39,088 bases of DNA from a virus (IMGVR_UViG_3300033146_000459:1-39088); one strand, 5' to 3'. Shown: positions 18,106-26,650, numbered from the stretch's first letter. A program made the numbers and translations. Notes: a model not told the origin generated them from the letters alone.

Positions 18106-18922
18106 TACTAATTTTTGGGCTGATCCTTACATCCAAGAGTTAAAAGCTGATGCGAAATATTTATTTCTTTATTTCTTAACTTGTGATCATAACAATATAG
18201 CAGGGATTTTTGAAGTAACTTTAAAAACAATGGAGTTCGAAACAGGGTTAAAAAGAAAAGATATAGAATTATATTTAGAGAAATTCAAAGAAGATAAAAA
18301 GGTGTTTTATTTTAATAATTGGATCTTTTTAAAGAATTTTATAAAAAACCAATCTTTAAATCCAAAAGTGACAAAGGGAATAGAAATAATTTTACAATCC
18401 CTACCAACGTCTATAGTAAAGCATTTATCCATAGATTATGATAGACTATATATAGACTATACATACTCTTCTATAAATACTAACTCTAATTCTAACTCTA
18501 ACTCTAACTCTAATTCTAATTCTAATTCTAACCCTAGGGAGGAAACTATTAAAAAAGAAATTAAGAAAACTATTAAGAAAGAAGAAGTTATTTATAAATA
18601 TTATCTGTCTGAGTTAAAACCGGATAGTCGGTACAATGAACCAAGTAGAACAAAACAATTTATAAAAGAGATTTTAAAAGAATATACTTTGGAAATATTA
18701 AAGGAATGTATTGATAATTATAAGAATTTAAAAGAAAACGAATACACAATGAAACCTAGTAATTTTTTCTCTAATAGTAAAAAGAAAGAAAAATATAGAA
18801 TGTTTGAGAATTATTTACCAGATAATGTGGGAATCATTAAAAAGGAAGCGATCCAGAAGAAACAAAATGCTACAGGCTTTGATCCGAATTTACCTATAAT
18901 AAAATCATCTAACAATTATTAA
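18083..18922 (+). CDS. Phage replication initiator (replisome organiser, N-terminal HTH)
   Basis: RRINTNFWADP...KYLFLYFLT...NIAGIF...MEFETG N-domain, (NS)n linker and helical C-domain. Confidence 0.8.
   Translation: MAKQRRINTNFWADPYIQELKADAKYLFLYFLTCDHNNIAGIFEVTLKTMEFETGLKRKDIELYLEKFKEDKKVFYFNNWIFLKNFIKNQSLNPKVTKGIEIILQSLPTSIVKHLSIDYDRLYIDYTYSSINTNSNSNSNSNSNSNSNSNPREETIKKEIKKTIKKEEVIYKYYLSELKPDSRYNEPSRTKQFIKEILKEYTLEILKECIDNYKNLKENEYTMKPSNFFSNSKKKEKYRMFENYLPDNVGIIKKEAIQKKQNATGFDPNLPIIKSSNNY
18409..18580. repeat. Candidate replication origin: ATAGA(C/T)TAT x3, (TAA(C/T)TC) x8, AT-rich tract
   Basis: Repeats at 18431, 18441, 18452; partial inverted copy at 18409; hexamer array 18481-18531. 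Confidence 0.55.
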
Positions 18923-18924
18923 TT

Positions 18925-19203
18925 ATGAGCACATTAACAAGAGTTGAAAAAGAAGATGTATCAACTAGCGAATGGCATCTAGCACTAGAAAAAACAAGAT
19001 GGGCAGGGAATCCACAACAATATTTAACAGCCAAAAAGGAATTAAATGATGGAGATGCTGGGTATATGTGGCATTGTTCATGCGGAGAATGGCAACCAAT
19101 AATTATAAGCCAAGAATTAGTAAAAGTAAAAGACAAAAATGGGTATATGGTAGATCATTATAAAAAAATTCCAAATATGCAGTGCAGAAAATGCAGGCAT
19201 TAA
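18925..19203 (+). CDS. Hypothetical protein with Cys pairs (zinc finger)
   Basis: CSC and CRKC motifs. Confidence 0.6.
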   Translation: MSTLTRVEKEDVSTSEWHLALEKTRWAGNPQQYLTAKKELNDGDAGYMWHCSCGEWQPIIISQELVKVKDKNGYMVDHYKKIPNMQCRKCRH

Positions 19204-19208
19204 AAGAT

Positions 19209-19237
19209 TTTAATAAATACCTAAAACAAGTTATAAT
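19209..19237 (+). promoter_or_regulatory. Promoter TTTAAT-N17-TATAAT, probably giving a leaderless mRNA
   Basis: The -10 box ends 6 nt before ATG 19244. Confidence 0.5.
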
Positions 19238-19243
19238 TAAATT

Positions 19244-19456
19244 ATGAAAAAAGCATTGTCTTACATATTGCGAAAAAGATTTTCAGCTTATTTAATTACG
19301 ACAGGGGTTATATTATCTTTGTTCGTTCTAAAAGTTTTTGGGAATATAGATGCAGACTTTGTTATAGGAGTGATGGATAAGATCTCTCAAGTGGGGATCG
19401 CATACATGGGGACTCAAACAGTTTCAGATTTAGTAAAAGAATATCGCAATCAATAA
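19244..19456 (+). CDS. Small two-TM holin-like protein
   Basis: RKRF followed by TM1; IAYMGTQTVSD second helix. Confidence 0.6.
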   Translation: MKKALSYILRKRFSAYLITTGVILSLFVLKVFGNIDADFVIGVMDKISQVGIAYMGTQTVSDLVKEYRNQ

Positions 19457-19629
19457 TGGATAAAAACTACGAAAAAATATTAATAATATCCGCAAAGATA
19501 GATTTATCTATAGCTGAAACAATAGCTGAGATTACAAGAACTCAAGAGTCTATTAGATTAGTCAAGAATATAAAGAAAGAGATTGAGGATTTACTGGGTG
19601 TAAGCGACAACGATAAAGAGAATAAATAA
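19456..19629 (+). CDS. 57-aa hypothetical coiled-coil protein; not in ORF track
   Basis: Manual translation MDKNYEKILIISAKIDLSIAE...; TAATG coupling. Confidence 0.55.
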   Translation: MDKNYEKILIISAKIDLSIAETIAEITRTQESIRLVKNIKKEIEDLLGVSDNDKENK

Positions 19630-19653
19630 AGTATTAGTTTTTAATAAAATAAT

Positions 19654-19920
19654 ATGAAAGAAGTAACAATCATCGCATTGTTAGCACCGCAGATGATCGC
19701 ATTATATACTGTGGTATTAACTCAGATTGCTAAGAAACTCAAATGTCCTAGTGAGTATTTGCCTTTTGTAGCTACCTTCGTTGGTGCTTTCTCGGCTTTT
19801 ATTCTCTCCTTTCCAGTAGAAACTTTGAACACAATGTCGGAAACATTCAAAGGTTTTGGAATAGGTTTGGCTGCAACAATGCTTTTAGCAGTTGCAAAAG
19901 ATTTCAAGAATAAAAAATAG
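19654..19920 (+). CDS. Holin (3 TM, SPP1-like)
   Basis: LTQIAKK...YLPFVATFVG...GFGIGLAATML pattern and basic tail. Confidence 0.7.
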   Translation: MKEVTIIALLAPQMIALYTVVLTQIAKKLKCPSEYLPFVATFVGAFSAFILSFPVETLNTMSETFKGFGIGLAATMLLAVAKDFKNKK

Positions 19921-19938
19921 TTATTCGTGAACTTGTTG

Positions 19939-19972
19939 AAAGAGTCCTTTTTGAAATAATAAGGGCTTTTTT
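19939..19972 (+). terminator. Intrinsic terminator
   Basis: AAGAGTCCTT...AAGGGCTTTT hairpin followed by T tract. Confidence 0.7.
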
Positions 19973-20022
19973 GTTTGGATATATATTCCTTATGATATTA
20001 GAATCATATATTTAAAAAGAAA

Positions 20023-20055
20023 GAAAAAAGAGATGGCTGTACCATCTCTATTTTT
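20023..20055. terminator. Bidirectional intrinsic terminator
   Basis: AAAAA-AGAGATGG-CTGTA-CCATCTCT-ATTTTT, perfect 8-bp stem. Confidence 0.8.
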
Positions 20056-20068
20056 CGTAACACTAACA
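20023..20068 (-). ncRNA. Predicted ~45-nt small RNA (GUUAGUGUUACGAAAAAUAGAGAUGGUACAGCCAUCUCUUUUUU)
   Basis: Bounded by a minus-strand promoter (20074-20102) and the terminator hairpin; too short for a credible ORF. Confidence 0.55.
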
Positions 20069-20073
20069 AATGC

Positions 20074-20102
20074 ACTATAGCTTAAAAGTCTCAAAAAGTA
20101 AA
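20074..20102 (-). promoter_or_regulatory. Minus-strand promoter TTTACT-N17-TATAGT
   Basis: AGTAAA at 20097-20102, ACTATA at 20074-20079, 17-nt spacer. Confidence 0.65.
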
Positions 20103-20122
20103 GAAAACAAAAAAAACTTTCG

Positions 20123-20174
20123 AAAAGGGTTTACTTTTATAAAAATATTATATATAATCAATTCGTAACATTAA
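20123..20174 (+). promoter_or_regulatory. Promoter TTTACT-N17-TATAAT with leader TTCGTAACATTAA
   Basis: -35 at 20130-35, -10 at 20153-58; homologous to the 23758 and 27672 elements. Confidence 0.8.
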
Positions 20175-20182
20175 TTAGATAT

Positions 20183-20539
20183 ATGAAAAAAGCAGAAATA
20201 GAGTTAGACGCTCTTAAAATGGTGCTAAGAGGAATAGAAGCAGTTGGAGTGGATGGAATTACCGATTTAGTACAAGAGTTGATTAGAAGTAATCAGAGAC
20301 TTCAATTAGATATGTTAATAAATGACGCTAACTATAATCGTAGGTGTAATCCAATAAAAAAAGGATTACAACCATATTCAAAGTGTTGTCCAAGTATAGA
20401 AATGCCTAATTGGGATCAATCAGATATATGTCCTGGATGTAAAGAACACACAACGATTGAATGGGTTGATGAAAAAGGAGAGTTAGTTCCAGATGAAATA
20501 GCATTTATGGATCCCAACGAGGATAATACTTATAATTAA
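20183..20539 (+). CDS. Hypothetical protein with C-terminal zinc ribbon
   Basis: SKCC...ICPGCKEH. Confidence 0.65.
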   Translation: MKKAEIELDALKMVLRGIEAVGVDGITDLVQELIRSNQRLQLDMLINDANYNRRCNPIKKGLQPYSKCCPSIEMPNWDQSDICPGCKEHTTIEWVDEKGELVPDEIAFMDPNEDNTYN

Positions 20540-20544
20540 TATTT

Positions 20545-20618
20545 GTCCGAGATGACGTTAAACTATTTTGTTTTTGTTTTACCTCACTAGCTCAAGACTT
20601 ACAGCTAGGGGGGTAAGA
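20545..20618 (+). other. Predicted H-type pseudoknot plus hairpin upstream of recT
   Basis: GTC-CGAGAT-GAC-GTTAAACT-ATTTTG; then TTTTACCTC-A-CTAGCT...AGCTAG-GGGGGTAAGA. Confidence 0.45.
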
Positions 20619-20650
20619 TAATAACTAAGTAATATTTAATTTAAAAATTT

Positions 20651-21451
20651 ATGAAAAAAGAAGTTATTAAAAAATTATTGATTGATTCAGATCAAAAAGA
20701 TGTGGATATTTATATTGCATATCTTGAGCAAGTAAGAGATCAAAAAAACTCTAAAAAAGAAAGGGTTAATACTTGGTTCGATTATAAAAAAGATGAGTGG
20801 TTGGCCAACAGATTTAAACAAGTTGAAAAAGAAGGTTTGAAATTTGATGGAAAGCATATTACTTTATTAAGTCGTGGTATTAGTTATGATTATAAAGCAT
20901 ACAAAAATAAAATGCTTTTAGCTTATCCAGAAACGATAATTGATGTTCAACTGGTTTATAAGGGGGATACTTTTAACTTTATAAAAAATAATGGGAAAAT
21001 TAGTTATAGTCATAAAATCGCCAATCCATTTAACCAAAAAGATGATGATGTAGTAGGTGGTTATTGTGTTATTAAAAACAAAAGGGGAGAGTTTTTGACT
21101 ACTCTTTCGCCAGAAGATATACAGAAGCACAGAAATGTCGCAAGAAGTGATAAGTTTTGGAGAGCTTGGTTTAAAGAAATGTGCTTAAAAACTATTATAA
21201 AAAAAGGTTGTAGTGTTCATTTTGATGATATATTCACAGAGATGAATGAAGAGGAAAATAAGGATATAGATTTAGATCAGCCTGTAAATATTGAGTTAAA
21301 ATGGAAACAAGAAATAGAGGAGATTAAGAGTTTAGATGAATTAAGAAATTATTACTTAGAGAACAAGGGCAGGGGAAAAGAGTTTGATAAATTAGTTGCA
21401 ATAAAAAAGAATTTATTATTATCTAACGAGATGAAAAATGAAAATTCATAA
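20651..21451 (+). CDS. recT: RecT-family single-strand annealing protein
   Basis: YKAYK, VQLVYKGDTF, VVGGYC, W..WFKEMCLKTIIKK motifs; adjacent to an exonuclease. Confidence 0.8.
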   Translation: MKKEVIKKLLIDSDQKDVDIYIAYLEQVRDQKNSKKERVNTWFDYKKDEWLANRFKQVEKEGLKFDGKHITLLSRGISYDYKAYKNKMLLAYPETIIDVQLVYKGDTFNFIKNNGKISYSHKIANPFNQKDDDVVGGYCVIKNKRGEFLTTLSPEDIQKHRNVARSDKFWRAWFKEMCLKTIIKKGCSVHFDDIFTEMNEEENKDIDLDQPVNIELKWKQEIEEIKSLDELRNYYLENKGRGKEFDKLVAIKKNLLLSNEMKNENS

Positions 21452-22031
21452 TTTAACACAAGGCACTCCCGAATGGCACGCATTAAGAGCAGGCCGAATG
21501 ACAGCTAGTCACGCAAATACAATAGCAGTTGCAGGTAAAGGTCTTGAAACTTATATCTACGAAACTATAGCGAGCAAGTTTTCTAGTGCTGAACCAGATA
21601 ATTATACAAATGAACAAATGAGAAGAGGAAATGAACTAGAAGCACAAGCAAGGGATATGTACGAGCTAGAAACTGGAAATGAAGTCAAAGAGGTTGGATT
21701 TATAGAGATAGATGAATATTCTGGAGCTAGTCCAGATGGATTGATTGGAGATGATGGAGGTTTAGAGATCAAATGCCATAATGATAAAAATCATTTTCTC
21801 TTAATCCTTAATGGGAAAGAAGGAATAGCTAAAAACTATTATATGCAAATACAAATGAACCTGTTGGCTAGTGGTAGAAAATGGTGGGATTATTGTGCAT
21901 ACAATCCGAATTTTAAGCGTTCTTTAATAATACACAGAATAGAAAGAGATGAAGTTGTTATTGAGAAAATAAAGATGGGATTAGAAAAAGGAAAGAATAT
22001 GATAAAAGATATATTAAATAAACTAAAATAA
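21438..22031 (+). CDS. YqaJ / lambda-exonuclease family
   Basis: QGTPEWHALRAG.MTAS, RGNELE, GASPDG, LEIKC, YYMQIQ. Confidence 0.92.
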   Translation: MKIHNLTQGTPEWHALRAGRMTASHANTIAVAGKGLETYIYETIASKFSSAEPDNYTNEQMRRGNELEAQARDMYELETGNEVKEVGFIEIDEYSGASPDGLIGDDGGLEIKCHNDKNHFLLILNGKEGIAKNYYMQIQMNLLASGRKWWDYCAYNPNFKRSLIIHRIERDEVVIEKIKMGLEKGKNMIKDILNKLK

Positions 22032-22033
22032 TC

Positions 22034-22201
22034 ATGAAAACAGAAAGCCACATAGAGTATATAAATGTACATGCTGGTACATTAAAAGAATTAGATGAAA
22101 AGGTAAACATATGCCTACAAAGAGGATTTAATGTTTATGGCGAGCTTAAACTAGTAAACTGTTTATACATACAAACAGTTATAAAAACAATTAAATTTTA
22201 A
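22034..22201 (+). CDS. 55-aa DUF1737-like protein; not in ORF track
   Basis: Manual translation ...LKELDEKVNICLQRGFNVYGEL...YIQTVIK. Confidence 0.55.
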   Translation: MKTESHIEYINVHAGTLKELDEKVNICLQRGFNVYGELKLVNCLYIQTVIKTIKF

Positions 22202-22211
22202 AAAAAACACC

Positions 22212-23138
22212 ATGAAAACATTCAATATTGAGAAATTTTCTCCCAAAAAAGCAGAGTTAACAACTCTAGCAATGAAGTACAAGAACCTCAAGATCGAGGG
22301 GATTGATGACAAGACAGGTTTCAAAATAGTAGATGAAGCTAGGAAAGACCTTAAAAAGAAAAGGGTTGAAATAGTCAAGACGGGTAAAGAGTTACGCCAA
22401 GAAGCAAGAGATTTTGCTAATGCAGTTATAAAAGCTGAAAAAGAGTTGGTTGCTATTATTGAGCCATTGGAAAAAGATTTACAAAATAAGCAAGATAAAA
22501 TAAAAGAAGAGCAATTAAAAATAGATAGAGCTGTTTTATTGCCAGAGAGAAAAGAAAAATTAGCAAGCATAAATTGCATAGAAAAAACTGATGATGATTT
22601 ATTGATGATGAACCCAGAAGAATTTAATGTTTTTTATAACAATAAGAAAGCTGAATATCTCGAAGAAAAAGAAGCACAATTAGAAATAGAAAAAGCTAGG
22701 ATTGCAAAAGAAAAAGAGGATGCCGCAGCTGAAAAGAAAAGGCTTGCGGATTTAGAAAAAGCTAAAGAAGAAGCTAGGATTGCAGCAGAAGAAAAAGCTA
22801 AACAAGATTTAATAGATGCCAAGAAAAAAGCGGAAGATGATAAAAAGAAAGCTATTGAAGACGAAAAGAGAAGGGCAAAAGAAGAAAGGCAAAGATTAAT
22901 AGACGACCAAAAAAGAAAAGAAGAGGAAAGAATTGCAGAAGAAAATAGGCTAAAAGCTGAAAAAGAAGCAAAGGCAAAAGCTGATGCTGAAGAGAAAGCT
23001 AAAATGGAAAAGAGAAGAGCTTTTGTAAAGTGGTTATCCGATAATGGTTATAATGAAAAAACAAAAGATGATTTTTATAGATTAGATGGTGTGGAGGAAT
23101 GTATTTTATATAAAAAAATCTCAACATTTAAAATTTAA
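22212..23138 (+). CDS. Coiled-coil protein of the recombination module (DUF1351-like)
   Basis: EARKDLKKKRVEIVK.GKELR...IEPLEKDL followed by a long E/K/A-rich helix. Confidence 0.6.
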   Translation: MKTFNIEKFSPKKAELTTLAMKYKNLKIEGIDDKTGFKIVDEARKDLKKKRVEIVKTGKELRQEARDFANAVIKAEKELVAIIEPLEKDLQNKQDKIKEEQLKIDRAVLLPERKEKLASINCIEKTDDDLLMMNPEEFNVFYNNKKAEYLEEKEAQLEIEKARIAKEKEDAAAEKKRLADLEKAKEEARIAAEEKAKQDLIDAKKKAEDDKKKAIEDEKRRAKEERQRLIDDQKRKEEERIAEENRLKAEKEAKAKADAEEKAKMEKRRAFVKWLSDNGYNEKTKDDFYRLDGVEECILYKKISTFKI

Positions 23139-23140
23139 TT

Positions 23141-23329
23141 ATGGTAGAAGAAGAAATAAAAAAGATAATTACGCAAAAAATAGGAAAGCATAAATATAGA
23201 CACATGCATTATTTGGATATGCTGGATAGGTGCAGAGATAATGCTACAATAGACGAATATGTTGCTGCTTATTGTATGCGACACTTAACAGATAAAGAGT
23301 TTCAATTTGTTTACAACTTAATAAAATGA
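23141..23329 (+). CDS. Hypothetical protein
   Basis: ORF tightly packed in the operon. Confidence 0.6.
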   Translation: MVEEEIKKIITQKIGKHKYRHMHYLDMLDRCRDNATIDEYVAAYCMRHLTDKEFQFVYNLIK

Positions 23330-23754
23330 AATATAAATTTACTGCAGATATAGTTGGCAAAGAGATAAAAGTACACCAGAGGAAGCTGTTTTCGGCGTTC
23401 CTGGAGGAATTTAAAGGGAAGAAGATAAAATTCATAGCAAGTGAAGCTAAGGAGCGTGATCTGAGGAATTTAGAACAGAATGCTTTGTATTGGGTATTAG
23501 TGACAGAAATAGCAAAAAACACAGGAGAAAACAAAGAAGTGTTGCATGACATATTCAAATATCAGTTTTTTGGGAAAGATGTAACAACTACATTAGAAAA
23601 TGGTAAAACGTGGCTACATAGGCAACCTTGCTTAACTACAACAGAGCTTGATACAAAAGAATTTGCAAAGGGAGTTGATAAGATAATTAAATGGGCGAGT
23701 GAATTTCTAGGTTTTGAATTTAAAAGTACAAATGAAGCACCAAGGATAAAATAA
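23326..23754 (+). CDS. NinB/Orf-like recombination protein
   Basis: RNLEQNALYW...IA...LHDIFK...TTTELDTKEF. Confidence 0.75.
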   Translation: MKYKFTADIVGKEIKVHQRKLFSAFLEEFKGKKIKFIASEAKERDLRNLEQNALYWVLVTEIAKNTGENKEVLHDIFKYQFFGKDVTTTLENGKTWLHRQPCLTTTELDTKEFAKGVDKIIKWASEFLGFEFKSTNEAPRIK

Positions 23755-23757
23755 AAC

Positions 23758-23814
23758 AAAAAGGGTTTACTTTCATAAAAATTCAGTATATAATAAATTC
23801 GTATCATTAACAAA
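23758..23814 (+). promoter_or_regulatory. 57-bp promoter/leader repeat, copy A
   Basis: TTTACT 23766-71, TATAAT 23789-94; 3 mismatches versus 27672-27728. Confidence 0.9.
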
Positions 23815-23818
23815 ATAT

Positions 23819-24100
23819 ATGGAAAAATTATCACAAACACAAAAGACAGTAAAAGAAATTGTTGTAAAGTTCCTTAAAGACAGAAAAGGGAGACCGTTCT
23901 TTATTTATAATTTGTATAAATACGCGATACGGGTTCACGATTCCCATTTAAAGTACAACACTTTTTATAGAGAATGTTGGAGATTAGAAAAGGATGGTAA
24001 ATTAGGAATGATGAAAAGCGGATTTGACAATCTATATAAAGAGAAACTAGAATTATCATTCTTTCAAAAGGTTTCTGATTGGTTCTTTGGGCAAAATTAA
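23819..24100 (+). CDS. Small basic protein, putative winged-helix; likely paralogue of 27734..28045
   Basis: Shared K.I...V.DS....TF.R...R pattern and the same promoter cassette. Confidence 0.55.
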   Translation: MEKLSQTQKTVKEIVVKFLKDRKGRPFFIYNLYKYAIRVHDSHLKYNTFYRECWRLEKDGKLGMMKSGFDNLYKEKLELSFFQKVSDWFFGQN

Positions 24101-24136
24101 TCACATTGATATAAAAATATTTAATAAAAACGAATT

Positions 24137-24256
24137 ATGTTATTTACACTAATTTCATTCTCAATGTTTTATCTGTTCGGGTCATACTTGTTCACTAAAA
24201 CATTAATGTTCTGGGCGATCCAGATCGTAGCGGTAGTATTTATAAGCGCAATTTAA
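24137..24256 (+). CDS. 39-aa hydrophobic peptide; not in ORF track
   Basis: Manual translation MLFTLISFSMFYLFGSYLFTKTLMFWAIQIVAVVFISAI. Confidence 0.5.
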   Translation: MLFTLISFSMFYLFGSYLFTKTLMFWAIQIVAVVFISAI

Positions 24257-24266
24257 AAACAAACAA

Positions 24267-25193
24267 ATGAAAAAATATAAAAAAGTAGATATAAACTACG
24301 AATTACAAAACAATCAAAGATGGGCTAGACCTACAGAGGTTTTATTTATCAAGCTCAAGAAGATCCTAAAGATAGTATTAATCTTAATCTTACTTGGTGG
24401 GCTAGTAAATTTGTTTATGCCTAGTGAAAAGGTAGAATTAACAAAGGAGCAAATTGATACAAAAATATCTGAAAGATATGAGGAGATATACTCGGAACGA
24501 TTTGAAGAAGAGCAGATCCCTATAGAAGCTGAGGAAATAACAAGTATGAAAGAAAGAGTACAGATCAGACTTGAAGACTTGAAAGCAGGGTATTGGAAAG
24601 AAGCTAAGGAAGAAACTCTAGGCGGTGTTAAAGAATATATAGAAGCAAGTCCAGAAGTGATTTCGTTTATAATAGATTTTGACAAGTTGGAAAGTCAAAA
24701 ATATGCAAGCATAGATGATTTTCTAGAGAAGAATTATCCAAACTCAAGGCTAATAGGTCATAATATAAAAGCTCGTTGTAAAAAGAATGAGATGAGCGAG
24801 AATCAATGCCTGTTGACATTAGGAATAGCAGGAAAAGAAAGTGCTTTTGATGAAGCGTATGTAAAAAATGATTGGAGTCCAGCAGTTATGGAGGGGAAAG
24901 CGAGAAATAACATGTTTGGATTAAAAGCCAACAGGAGATATATAGATACTAAATGTGGAGAAGATAAAGAGTGTAGAGCAAAGTATAGTTCTATTCCATA
25001 TGATGGATTTGCCTTTGTTCCTTTCAATACATTCGAATCAGGACTAGACTGGTTTATGAATGATACATTGAAAAAGGGGTATCCGAGTGTTACTAATCCA
25101 TATCAGATGATAACTTTTTATAATAACAATCCAAAGTGGGCAGATGATGTTCAACACTTTATGAATATATTAAAACCATTATTAAATTATTAA
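24267..25193 (+). CDS. Membrane-anchored lysozyme-like (GH73/glucosaminidase-like) protein
   Basis: N-terminal TM; LGIAGKESAF, NNMFGL, F.TFESG, W..DV motifs. Confidence 0.6.
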   Translation: MKKYKKVDINYELQNNQRWARPTEVLFIKLKKILKIVLILILLGGLVNLFMPSEKVELTKEQIDTKISERYEEIYSERFEEEQIPIEAEEITSMKERVQIRLEDLKAGYWKEAKEETLGGVKEYIEASPEVISFIIDFDKLESQKYASIDDFLEKNYPNSRLIGHNIKARCKKNEMSENQCLLTLGIAGKESAFDEAYVKNDWSPAVMEGKARNNMFGLKANRRYIDTKCGEDKECRAKYSSIPYDGFAFVPFNTFESGLDWFMNDTLKKGYPSVTNPYQMITFYNNNPKWADDVQHFMNILKPLLNY

Positions 25194-25199
25194 AAAACT

Positions 25200-25736
25200 A
25201 TGAGAGATTTCAACAAAAGAATGCTAGTACTTCTAGCAGTAACAGTCGGAGCGTTTCTATTACTAGCTTTACTTGCGAGTATATTTGGAACACCAATAAA
25301 AACGGCTGATGCTACACACTACGAGTTCAGCAAAGAGATTAGAGTTCGAGAAGATGGAAGAAGAGCAGATCTTTGTATCTGGACTTATAAAGATCAAAGA
25401 GTTTTTACTGATATGAAACTTGGTACTTGCTTTGAAGACGGACTAACTCACGGAGATTCTGGACATAGATTTGCAGACGGATCAGCACCATTTGACTACA
25501 TTGAATTTGTAGGAATGAGAAATGCGACGAGATCAATATCAGAATGGCATTATAAAAGAGTGGCTATTCGCAGATTAAAGGAAAAAGAAAGGGTAGCAAA
25601 GATTAAAAACGAGAGAACAATAAAAGAGATTAATAAAATGGAATCAGAGCTTGATATGATGATGGCAACATACAACGCAAAGATTGAGGCTATGAAGAAT
25701 GAGATATTAAAAAGATTTAATAACTTACAACGATGA
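25200..25736 (+). CDS. Hypothetical membrane/secreted protein with C-terminal coiled coil
   Basis: N-terminal hydrophobic helix. Confidence 0.6.
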   Translation: MRDFNKRMLVLLAVTVGAFLLLALLASIFGTPIKTADATHYEFSKEIRVREDGRRADLCIWTYKDQRVFTDMKLGTCFEDGLTHGDSGHRFADGSAPFDYIEFVGMRNATRSISEWHYKRVAIRRLKEKERVAKIKNERTIKEINKMESELDMMMATYNAKIEAMKNEILKRFNNLQR

Positions 25737-26416
25737 AAGCAAAGATAAGAAAGAATACAAAAGTTTTTCAAGACTTTAGTTGGGGAGTATGGGAGGAAAC
25801 AGATGAGCACATAGTGTTTAATGTTGAAAAAAAAGACGACTGGTATATGTGTACTGCGTTTGGCTTTGGAGATTTAGAATCTAAAAAAGAAGGAGCTTAT
25901 GGCAATGGTCACATAGTTGTATTCGAAAGAAAAGATTTAATATTTATAAGAAAACCAGTGAAGCCTAAAGAATCACCAAAGGAAGAATTAACACAAGAAG
26001 AAAAGAACTTCAACAAAGAAATTGGGGGATTTGATATCCTTTGCGACACAAAAGAAGCGAGTGATACTCTATACAGATACGAGATATGTCCAAGGTATAG
26101 TCACGAGATCACGTTAAGAAAATACAGGATACTAAAAGAGACTGAGTGTTCTTATTTTTATATAAAGGGTTCCAAAAGAACATGCGTTAGAAAAAATGCA
26201 GCAAGAAGTTTCGCTCACAAAACAAAGAAGAAAGCTTTAGAACAATTCATCAGACGAACTAAGCATAGAGTTTTTTGGGCTCAACTTTCTGCGGTAATAA
26301 CAAGTAAGGCGTTAGAGAAGGCAGGAGAAAAATACGAAGAACTTTATGGCAAGGAAATAGAACATAGTGAATTCGAATTAAATCCATATAACTTTTACAT
26401 GGATCGTCTATACTAA
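25733..26416 (+). CDS. Hypothetical two-domain protein
   Basis: ATGA overlap with the upstream gene; KPVKPKESPKEE linker. Confidence 0.6.
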   Translation: MKAKIRKNTKVFQDFSWGVWEETDEHIVFNVEKKDDWYMCTAFGFGDLESKKEGAYGNGHIVVFERKDLIFIRKPVKPKESPKEELTQEEKNFNKEIGGFDILCDTKEASDTLYRYEICPRYSHEITLRKYRILKETECSYFYIKGSKRTCVRKNAARSFAHKTKKKALEQFIRRTKHRVFWAQLSAVITSKALEKAGEKYEELYGKEIEHSEFELNPYNFYMDRLY

Positions 26417-26427
26417 GGAGGTAAGAG

Positions 26428-26589
26428 ATGAAAGACCAAGAGAAAGAAATGAGATCCAAGAACTTCTGGAAGTCTGTAAGGTGGTGCGAGAATTGTCAAT
26501 GTGCAATCAGTGCAGAGAATGTACAGATCCCAACAGTACATTATCACAAACATATGACACATATAAAAACCTGTGTTAGATGTAAATGA
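26428..26589 (+). CDS. 53-aa zinc-finger protein; not in ORF track
   Basis: CENC...CVRC; preceded by TAAGGAGGT. Confidence 0.65.
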   Translation: MKDQEKEMRSKNFWKSVRWCENCQCAISAENVQIPTVHYHKHMTHIKTCVRCK

Positions 26590-26595
26590 TTTACC

Positions 26596-26625
26596 GAGGG
26601 GTTAGAAAATTTACTCTAGTCCCTC
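26596..26625 (+). terminator. Hairpin, possible terminator
   Basis: GAGGGGTTAGA...TCTAGTCCCTC followed by an AT-rich tract. Confidence 0.5.
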
Positions 26626-26650
26626 AATTATTTTATTAAACATAGTAAGA

